A stretch of DNA of 60,049 nt from Asterionella formosa (taxonomy: Eukaryota), in assembly GCA_002256025.1 (NCBI GenBank), contig NKIB01013294.1, forward strand, positions 1 through 60,049, given 5' to 3'. The position numbers and the translations under genes are program-made. The notes under the pieces were generated by a model, which did not search any database, was not told the origin of the DNA, and was given only the letters and a program-made list of their open reading frames with translations. Positions 50,190 through 60,049 of the stretch are shown here, in pieces (position 1 is the first letter of the stretch; every line of letters begins with the position of its first letter).

Positions 50190-50720
50190 ATAAATCAGTG
50201 GTCAAAATGGCGATTTTTTAGCTATTGTTCACTGAGAAAATGTATCCAAAAACTGCCATTGAAATAAAGACTGCAGGTGGTTGCACTGTGCTCATAAATG
50301 TTCATCTTAGCTAGTGGAGAAAAGCTTCGTCCATTCATTGAGTTCATGGGAACCAGTGATGATCATATAACCAAGCAGTTCGCTAGCCATCAATCCACCT
50401 AACGATTTTCTGCTTTCACTTAAATACCCTTGCTAGCCCTAGACCGAACTATTTAAATGAATTGGATTGAGCTGGTTCGGAAGTCCTGGACTCAGGTATT
50501 CTGTAAACTTACCTGCTAGCTAATGGAAGGCTATTCGGTCCATAAAGTTGGCAAATTTGTGAATGTCATAAAGTCTAGAGGTACTGAGGTGGGTACATAA
50601 CCCCAGGCTACACATTCCTACTTCAAAGCGTGAATGTTAGAATCAACAAGCCATTCAAAGGCTGTGTGCATATAACCTCTGCCTAGTAGTAGGAGAATTG
50701 TGTGGATCAGAATCTAGAAA
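50190..50720 (+). mobile_element. pogo-type (DDE_1) transposase remnant
   Basis: CTVL...ASGEKLRPFIEFMG (~50282-50352), EGYSVHK, PGYTFLLQSVNVRINKPFK (~50603-50660), with stops and frameshifts. Confidence 0.75.
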
Positions 50721-52249
50721 GTGTGTAAGTTAAAAGGCACTACGTTGCCCAATGGTGGGTGGAGTCTGTAGGAGACCAGGTAACTGTGTTTTCGATCCTG
50801 GGCCAGCATTGGACATGAATCTGGTTTACCTTACTAGTTACAGTCTATTTGGATATCATTTAGTGCTTCCTTTTATTTTATTTTTAATAATTCTGTTTCA
50901 AACTACTTGTCTGGTGAGTTGCAAATGGATAAAAATTGATCCATGTTGTTGATGACAAGAAATTATATTAAACAACTAGTTTCAAGCAAGTCTTCAAATC
51001 TTCAACTACAAGTTAATATTATGTATTAACGCTATCCTTGTTAAATCAAGATTGCTGATCTTTATTCAATGAACCACTGTTTGGAGTCCATTTGGCTACA
51101 CTTGAATTTGGATGTGATCAAACTTAGAAATGAAGCCACTCCAAGGTTCTGGCTGCTCCAAGCCATTGTTGTCTGATTGTCAGTTTTATCATACAGCTCA
51201 ATGATTTGAGCAAACTTGTCTGGATATCGAAATCTTTTTTTCTGCAAAGAAGCAATGTTCTTGCCCAAAATACCACTGTACACAGCTCCCATGCATCTTC
51301 ATGGGACATGATCACTTTGATGATGGTGCGCCCAAAATTGTGTGATGCATGGTACTAGTGATATCGTGTTCTTGCGACTTCTGTGGCCAGCAGATGCGGT
51401 AAATGCATAAAAGCTACCAGGTAGACCTTGTTACAGAAAAAAAAAGTTTTTTTCTCAGATATACAAGCGGGGGCAGGACTACGGGATTTACAGTAACAAT
51501 TTTTATATCTTGTACCAGAATTGTAGCACTACCTGGCATCTGGGCTAACCATAGGCTACATCACCCCTGCTCGTTGTACTGTATATCTAACACTAATTTT
51601 CCTGCTCTTGTTTCTTCTTTAAACCATTAATCTGAATAGCTAATTCCAGAAAGAGGACATATGAGGTCATGAAGGAGGAATGGGGAAAGGGTGAATTCAG
51701 AAGTTAAATAGTGGTCCGATTGGAAAACACAGTCTAAATAGAAAAATAAAAACACAGCTGCATGAGTATGTCAAATGAATAATGCATTATTTAAATACAG
51801 GTTGAAATGCACTGTCAAACAGATGTGGCTGCCTTCGAAAATACTTGTATGTGTCTTGATGTAAAGTATGACCGGAGTAGTCATTATAGTCTATGGAATT
51901 AGCTAGAATAGAATAGGATGGCCGGCAAGTCGAAATGTGAAGACAGGCCAGAGCTTGAATTCTGATAATGGTTTGAACAGGCACCAGAATGACGATGCCA
52001 GGCAAAAGGTGTTCTACCATAGCTTCCCTCAATAGTGCCAACCTTTAGTTGATAATCCTCGCAAAACAGATAAACTAATAGTACCAGGTGGGAAAAAATT
52101 GATAGTTATGTTTGATGTTGTTGGGGAGGAGGATGAGGCCAGATAGGGTACATAAATATGTCCGAATTGTATTCACGTGCTTCCCTTTGATTTTGAGCAA
52201 TTTGGAACCAAGGATTATTCCTATTGAAACAAGGACAGATCTGCAATAC

Positions 52250-54160
52250 TCAGACGAAAATGGATAACTTCTTGATTTTCTTGAATACCTTTTTTGCAAC
52301 CAGCTTGGCACCGATCAGAACAAGTGGCACCCCGTTGCCTGGTCTACTGCTTGCTCCGACAAACATGACATTTGGGTGGTCACGATAGTTTGTTCCTGGT
52401 CTTGCGATACTAAGTTGGCTGAACCCGTGGCTCTGAAATGGAAGCGAAAGGATTTGAGGCTCTTTATGTTGTATTCTCTGTGGAATTCATCATTTTATCG
52501 GTTCTCCACTTACCAAGGAAAAGGGGGAGCCAGCTGCGACATTGTATTGATCAGCATAGGTCCCTGGTGTGTCCACTACCTCATTGATGATGTGTGTTTG
52601 TAAATCCTTGAGTGACTCAACTATTGCAAGGCGTTTCAAGACAGCATTGCGGGCTTCTGATATTCTTCCCTCATCAAACTGCTTTTTGTATTGCAGAATA
52701 GCTTTATCCCGTGGAAGGTTCGAAAGTTCGCTTTCTCGTTGTAGTGTCCGACATGGCACGAGGACAAGGATAGAGTCACATCCTTTCGGAGCAGCTGTTG
52801 GATCAGTCAAAGATGCACGGTGGACATAAAAGTTGAAGGGCTCGACATCATCTCCATTGATATGCGTAGATGATCGGACCACTCTCCAACTTGCCTCTGC
52901 CTTCTGGCGGCTCTCAGACACCAGAAAAACATTATGGGTGTTCAAATCAGCTAGCTCCTTGTCAATTGACCAATGAAAAGCAATTATTCCACTGCTGTAG
53001 TCAAAGGAATTGTTCCAATCATATTTCTCCGTGTGTTCATCCTTAATGCAAAGCAACGATTTTGTGGCAAAGGGTAGATCCGCATTAATCACTATCAAGT
53101 CAGTCTGAAGAAAGTTCGACTCACCAGCTTCATTGTTAAAGTAGACGCCACTATCTGTAACTTTTGTTACAACGGTGTTGCATTGAATTTGAACCCCTTT
53201 TTCTTCAGCCAATTTTTGGAAGGATCTGGCAACAGCTTCAAAGCCTCCCACTGGTGCGAAGACGCCTGATAGCTTGTTGGCAGGATGAAGTTCAATGGCA
53301 GCAAGCAGTCCAAAAACTGCTGGTGCTGTCTTTCGTAACACTCCTCCAAACGGCTCATTATTGTTTCGATAAGGATCCAGTCCAACATAAAGATTCTGAA
53401 ATGAGGCGAGAGCTTTCATTTTGTTGGAGTCAAAGGTAGCGTCTAAAACGTCTGAATGTGGCTTGAGTGGCCACGCCTTACCCAGCCCCCGGAGTGCTTC
53501 CCGAAGAAAGTTAGGAAGAGTTTCTAGATTAAACCTCTCTTCGATGAAGTTGGGAAGTCCACAATCTAGAAATGCTGATGTGGACTTCATGTATTCATCC
53601 CACTTAGCTGCGCCATCACGCTCGTAGGATTCCATCTTGGTCCTCGACCGACTTTCCAAAGCCTTTGCGCCTTGGGAATGGTAAGCCCTTGGAATTCCCA
53701 AATCTATTCGATCTCCATCTTCAAAAACTACTTGATAGGCAGGTACACATTGCTTAATATCCAAACCATAATTATGCGCTGATTTTCCTGGTGAGCAATC
53801 TCGAAATAGATCCTCATAAACATCCTTCAACAAAAGCAAACTTGGTCCCCGTTCGTGCCGAAATGTACCCTTTTCTGTCAATACATGAAAGGATCCACAG
53901 CGCCCTCCTACAAATTCGTTCTTTTCTAGCAAAATTACCTGGCAAATTTCGGATAGCGAAGCAATTCTTGAAGCAACGGCGAGCCCTCCAACGCCGCCCC
54001 CAACAACAACAACACGCGGAAGTTCGGGGTTGGAAAACAAATCCATCTGGCTCGGGGCGCCTGACTTTGTTCCGAGTTCAGAAGACAAGGCATCTATTCT
54101 GAAAGCTGGAAGTGATAGCGCCAGAGTCCACAGTGCCGCTTGGACTGTCCCGTTCGTCAT
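52250..54160 (-). CDS. CrtI-type phytoene desaturase family FAD oxidoreductase; exons 54160-52514 and 52432-52250
   Basis: VVVGGGVGGL, EKNEFVGGR, ERGPSLLL, SFQNLYVGLDPY, NFYV...TDPTAAPKG. An 81-bp intron (52513-52433) restores SL|SHGFSQL...RP...VGASSRPGNGVPLVLIGAK. Signal peptide from ATG 54160. Confidence 0.9.
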
Positions 54161-54977
54161 TTGGGCCGTCAATGAGTGAAGATGTTGGGCTTTTCAATTT
54201 TTTTATGGCAAATGATAAATTCTACTACCCGGTACCTTGTACCCTGGTAGTAGCTAGATGTACATTTAAATTTAATATATGTGCATGAATATACACCTAT
54301 ATCAGATAACGGTATCATGCATGAATACCGGTTCCCGGTACCAGGTACCGGATATACCGGTTTAATATAAAATGGTACCCTGGTAGACAGTTTATTACAC
54401 TACCGGTAGTGGTATGAAAATGGAGCACCCGGTGGCCCGGTGGTATGCATATCGAGCACCTACTGTATAAAGCATACTTATGCATGTATCTTACAGCGGC
54501 TCAAAAGTTATTTTAGTAGCATTGCAAGTGGGACTGTACGCACTGTAAATAAGCATGCATACATAGGGTGTACACCTCCCCGTACATTCAACGAAGAAAC
54601 TTAAGGACACGACCAGGCATTCTGATTCGTCCACCGTGGCGACCGTCCGGCCCTTTAAACGAAGGATTCGCTGCCTTGTATATTCTGTATCATAGGAAGA
54701 ATGCATCCATCCGATGAGAACCCTGTCTTCTGCGGCCGTGGTTGGTATCTGTAGCAGCTGTACGTACATGCACTTGGGGACAGTATCGGTACCGGTATCT
54801 GGTGGTACTACATACTAGGTAGCAGGTACCGGTACGTAGGCAGGATCAAGTCCGCTCCAAGCATTCACATGGCTGCTTGCTTGCTTGACACCACAATCGC
54901 AAGAATTCACCCGAACATCTCACACCGCCGCCCTCAGGCAGGAGCGAAATTGTTCTGTGAAAGAACAACAGGCAAAA

Positions 54978-56161
54978 ATGAATCATACAGGTACTTGCTT
55001 TGCTGAATCACACATAAAAGAGTACCCGGTGGTACCTCTAAAGTCTGCCGGTATTAGTTTACAACATACTGATAAATAAGAGTAAAGCCAAAGACGACGA
55101 GATCAGATTTGTTGGTCCCAGGTGAAGATTCGACCATGTCCGAACCTTTTGCTAGAACTGATCATCCTGATATGATTCTTGCAGACAAGAAAGCTAATCT
55201 TGGAGATAGTGAATTAACTGTTCCCACAGATGGAAGCGTTTCGGACGAGGGTGGTTATGGTGGATGGTTCAGCGAATTCCGGTCGATAGCGAAGTCGACC
55301 AAGGATTCATTCTTTCCTGCTCTTGACGGGATCGTAACTATGGTGCATCGGTCTGCCATGGCTGTTGCTGCCGAGATCGCTCATTTGGAACACGATGTTG
55401 TGGCTGAAATGGATACAGAACAGTGGAGGGACGAGAGCGTCGGTTCCAACCACAAAACCGAAGCATGTGAGCTCCTCCCGTTGCCGTGGGAATTCATCGT
55501 CGATACTAATGGAAGCTTAGTTGACGACGATGGAATGTATGTGGTCAAATATTCTGCAAATGAAGAGTTAAAGCAGAAAATCTTTGAGCTGAGTTCTATT
55601 GACAACACGTTTTTGGAACCATTTCCTCCTGATGGGTCTGATGCAGTTGACAAGCCGTTTCCGCTCAACGAGTCTCGCGTACAACTCATTCGAAGATTGT
55701 TGGCTGTGGATGTGAATCTTTCGAGAATGCATGCTACAATCACTAGTAAGAATTTATCTGCGAGACGTTATCCTACGTATGCAAGTCCTTCAATGTTTTC
55801 TGACACTGTTGAAATCTCTTCCGATTGGCACTTTGCAGGTCGAGGTGATGTGAAAGAAACTATGTTCTGGAAGAATTATTTTTTCCATTGCAATCGTGTG
55901 AGATTGAATTTCATCACGAGCAACCCTGAGTTGCAGGATGTCGAAAACGAAGATAGTTCTGCGTTAGGATCGCTGATTGGAGCCGAGAGTGTGACTTCGT
56001 CACAAGATGATTCATCGTATGTCCGCGTCAGTAGTGCCGTTGCTAGCCCTCCGACCAGCTTGAATACCCTCTCTGGGATCATGTCAATGGGAGATATGGT
56101 TTTAATTGGTGAGGATGGCGGTGACCTTGACATGAGCCCGGAGCGACGAAGAGCGAACTAG
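54978..56161 (+). CDS. BSD-domain protein; predicted exons 54978-54990, 55122-55745, 55839-56161
   Basis: LPLPWE, LL.VD.NLSRM and VKETMFWKNYF (BSD signature). GT-AG introns 54991-55121 and 55746-55838 keep the frame; the first mini-exon is inferred. Confidence 0.75.
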
Positions 56162-56376
56162 AAATGTTGTATGATCAACGGACCCATTCTGTGGAAAATT
56201 GCTCATGTGAACAGCGACATTTTGTGGGTAGTTCTAAAACAAATAATGGCGAACATTGTTCTTTGTGGTGGAACGAAGCATTGCATGCAGACTTTTGGTT
56301 CGAACATAGCCTTCATAAATTATCTACTAATTTGATTGATGTCTCCAGTCATTGGAGAATAAAACTGAGGGAGGCA

Positions 56377-58343
56377 TTATGTCAGGCTCATTAGCTCTCG
56401 CATCAAAAGCTCATCTTCTTTCTTAACAAAGCGTCCCTTGACTCGAAGGCGGCTGTCTGCAAAATTCTTTCGAACATCGTATTTGACGCTCTTGGTCCAA
56501 ACTCTTTGTGTTCGCTTTGCCAAGAATCTATCAATTCGCATTTTACGGCTATCAGGTGAGTAAGCCCCCACCCAGCCGTCGGGACGTTCCACCTGAAGCA
56601 ACCCATTCGAATCCAATGACGTCTTGATATTTGGATCACTCATGGAGCGAGGTCGGCCTGTTCCACTTTCAATGATCTTTTCTTCTTGAGCATCCACCAC
56701 ACTCTCCTTCACTTGCTCTTTTGGCTTCTTTGGAGGTTTGACTTTTTTCCTATGCGCAAAAGAGGAACGAATGGTTAGTACGCTCAATATTGTGCTGGAA
56801 CTTCGCAAAACAATAAAAGTACGTACTGTTGTTCCAGTTTTTCCCTATCCTTCTTGTCCTTCTTTTCTTGCTTTTCCAGCTCCTTTTGGAGTTTCTTTTC
56901 TTCCTTCTCGCGATCCTTTTGCAACTTCTTGTCTTCCCGTGCCTTCCGTCTTTCTTCGGCTTGCCGCGCCTTGGACACCTTAAGCTCATTTTTGGATTTG
57001 TCATATTGTGCAAGGCTTTCAGCGAGTCCGCCTGTCGCAATGGGATGTGCTACAGACCGCCTAATATTGATTCCCCCTTCTTGGTTGCTAGGTTCATGAT
57101 CCGTCCATTGGTCATAAATTGCAGGGGTATTTTCCGTGACTCCAGGTTCATTTGCAAGAGCCCCATATGCAAGCGAATTCGAACGATAACGCCTATCTTG
57201 TTCATCCTGTAGACTTGATGCGTACGATCCGGTATCACCGTCATGTTCGTGTTCATAGCCTCCATTGAAATCAAGATCCCCAATTGTATCATCATCATAG
57301 GCCGGAGTCACCAAATAGGATTCACAGTTGGTGACCACTTTAGATGGAAATGAAACACTCAGACCCTTTGATGCTCCCATAGATTCAATATGATCTGAAA
57401 AGCTAGCATCGTCAACCGTTAGAAAATCTAAATCGAGATCACCCAACAGATCGATATCTGTTGAGACTCGATCTGAAAGAGCACCAGATTGAATCATGTT
57501 CTGTAGAGATGATTTGTCGCCCATTTCATATCTGTCCAATGCAGCTTGGAGAGCTTCATCGCCAGCAATGATCAAATCTTTTAATACCCCCTTTTGTTGG
57601 CGGTCTATGATCCCATTCTCTTCTAAATCTGAAGCGGAACGTAGTCGACCAGATACGCTCTGCAATGTATCGAGAAAAGCGAAAGTAAGAAAAATGCTAG
57701 GAGTCATATCATAAGGAAAATTCTGTTTCGGCATTGTCGAAAATGCTTGATTACGTACCCCTGCCCTTGCACGCTTTCCAAAGTGTCTCGTTTCATACGA
57801 CGCAGCACTTGGTGGTGTGTGAGACAGTTGGTGTGAGTTTTCATTCATAATGTCAGTATTGAACGTTGATCCCGAAGATTCGTGTGACCCAGCTAGAGAT
57901 TTGGTTGCCAATAGGGACGGAACAATTGACATGAATGGAATGTCCTTGGTATTGGATCTCGTTGCGTGAATAGGATAAATTCCTTTATTAAACTCAGTAT
58001 CTCCAACGAATTCCTGCTTAAAGCCATCGCAATCCATATTGTTTCTGGCATCTGAGTTTATAGCAGCTGCATTTTCGGGAGCATGATTGCCCAATTGTTC
58101 CATTGATTGTCCACTATTAGCAATGCTAAAGTCCATATTATCGTCTTCCTTGAGATGAGCAATCAAATGTGCCACTGTACGACCACTGTCTGTAATAGCA
58201 AAGTCAAAATCTAGATCGCCTGATGTCTGCTCCGTTTCAGACAAATCATCTCGAGCAGCATGCTCGTCGTCCCCTGCTCCGAGGTGGGTGATACCAAAGC
58301 CTCCTGTCGATGCTATGCGACGCGATGAATGCCGGTGGCTCAT
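56377..58343 (-). CDS. CCT-domain transcriptional regulator; predicted exons 58343-57759, 57659-56827, 56749-56377
   Basis: C-terminal GAYSPDSRKMRIDRFLAKR..RVWTK.VKYDVRKNFADSRLRVKGRFVKK. GT-AG introns of 99 bp (57758-57660) and 77 bp (56826-56750) give one frame; start codon uncertain. Confidence 0.88.
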
Positions 58344-58960
58344 TTGGCAATTTATCGTTGATGTGATGAATGTGGCGTTCTTGAAGGGCTCGCTTTTGAA
58401 TTGTTCTTGGTGTGCTGTTCCGTAGTACCACTTTCCAATGTCCAATACTCCTACTCACAAGTCGTCGGACTCCTTAATTGGCAGCCTCTTGCTTTTGCGT
58501 CTTGCTTTTGGGGTCTATTCACACTGACAGACTTATAGTGAAGGGGAGCAAGAGAACTACAACGCCGGATTCGAAACGTTCGCTCTGCAGATCAAAGCAG
58601 CCTATACCGGTACTACTGGTATACCGGTAGTTAAGAGAGGTTTACTGGATCACCAGATGGCAGCACGTCATGTATTGCTTGTGATTTCTTATCGTTTTGG
58701 GCTAATTTCCGATGCTTGAAAATAAGTTGAAATGTAATTAAAACGTCCATTTTAATTAAAGTACCTGGTGGTATCACAGGCACTGCCGGCCATGTTTCAA
58801 CGCCACTCCTACTGTACTCAACTACCGGTACTGGTACCTGGTACCTGGTACCACAGCCAATCCAGGTACCCGGAAGCAGGTACCAATTCTAGCTCGTCCC
58901 AGATACCAGTACTCCCTCTGGTTGAAAATAATTGCATACAAGGTGGTACTGTACCAGTAC

Positions 58961-59053
58961 CAGCAAGTTGCGGAAATTTTGCGTAAATGGACAATTTAAT
59001 ATTAGATAAAGATAGCTAAACCTTTATTGGAGCAAAATTATCGCAACTTCTTG
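58961..59053. mobile_element. ~90-bp MITE with CAGCAAGTTGCGG-type TIR; related copies at ~400-526, 23575-23738, 38377-38465
   Basis: Shared interior ACAATTTAAT...GATAAA.A.AGCTAAA and inverted ends. The copy at 403-474 has a perfect 20-bp inverted repeat (GGTCATTTTGCTTAAACTAA). Confidence 0.7.
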
Positions 59054-60049
59054 GAGGTATCGGGTACCTGTACCTGGTAGGTGATACCAAACTGGTATGT
59101 ATCATTTCGATCATCATAATGATAAATATACCGGTATGGATGTATAATAACCTCGCGGTGTCTAAACGTCTAAACCAAAATACACAAATAAACCAGTACG
59201 AATTCGATAGTGAAGCGAGCAAGTTATTTATACCAAGTCTGGACTTGAGTCCAAAGTCTGATGCCACCAGCAAGTCAGACTTGATGACAAATAACCACGG
59301 TTATTATAGTAAAGCAGTATTAATAACCTGGTTATTATATACCAAGTCAGAAACACTTTACACTATTACACAGTGATGAACATCAGTATAAACCAGATTG
59401 TCGCTCACCATCATTATAGTCTTACCGGTGGTACTACAGTAGAGGCACCGGTATGGTAAATCCAATATTGGCTGTAGTAATCCTATCTTCCATTAAAATC
59501 GCAAAACAATCATCCCAATCCATTCCTCCTGCTCCGAAGTCGTCATCATCGTGATCGTGCTCATGCTCATGCTCGAGGCATAAATTCACGCCTTGTATCA
59601 TTTGTCATTGTGGATTCTTTTTAGCAGGAGTGCGATGAGCCTTGGCTTTGCAGAACTTTTTCAAAAGTGACTGCTGTGAGAGCCACACCTCCTCGTCGTT
59701 GCGTTGTTGCTACGCAACCACGTCGTCTTCATGTTATCCTTTGTTGTATCTTTTTGAATGCACATTCAAATACAAATGCAAGAAACGTTGGCCTTTTTGG
59801 CACTTTGCTATAGATGCTCCACAAGATTGCAAACATGAACCTTTCCGTTGCAGACGATGACACAAAGGTTTTCAGGCCTGTCAATCGATGAAAATTGGTT
59901 GATAATTATGACATACAAAGCGGTTTTGTGACTGCTCATCATCGCATGGCGGCTGCTCTGAATCCTAAAAGGACAGAGGAGGACATGATATCCTTTCATC
60001 ATGATGCATGCAAAATGGTACTATTTTGAATCTCTGGCCCAAATTAAAC

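Noticed and set aside
59500..60049. Possible terminal exons of a gene outside the window
   Set aside because: Splice-like sites exist, but no consistent frame or domain could be built.

Overview
Eukaryotic nuclear DNA, most likely from a diatom (short GT-AG introns, bipartite plastid-type presequences, CCCTAA-type repeats, diatom-like LINE fragments); the species cannot be fixed from sequence alone. Twelve apparently intact genes are supported: a 7x helicase-associated (HA) repeat protein, a TPR protein, a mannitol/altronate dehydrogenase-family enzyme, an EF-hand NADPH oxidase, a very long two-pore K+ channel, a CNNM/CBS transporter, EMC1, a RING-H2 E3 ligase, an RBR E3 ligase, a CrtI-type desaturase, a BSD-domain protein and a CCT-domain protein. 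They are interspersed with decayed mobile DNA. The gene-free block at ~8.4-24.3 kb holds a TTAA-flanked Kolobok-like element (small Cys-rich KolX/P2X7-C-terminal-like ORF plus DDE transposase, with a matching MITE at 3.6-3.9 kb), LINE fragments and three repeat arrays. Two of the arrays share a ~192-bp period and appear to derive from one ~65-codon protein repeat. Mariner, pogo and tRNA-SINE-like remnants, a ~90-bp MITE family and GGTACC-rich palindromic tracts near gene starts are also present. All alignments and counts were done by eye.
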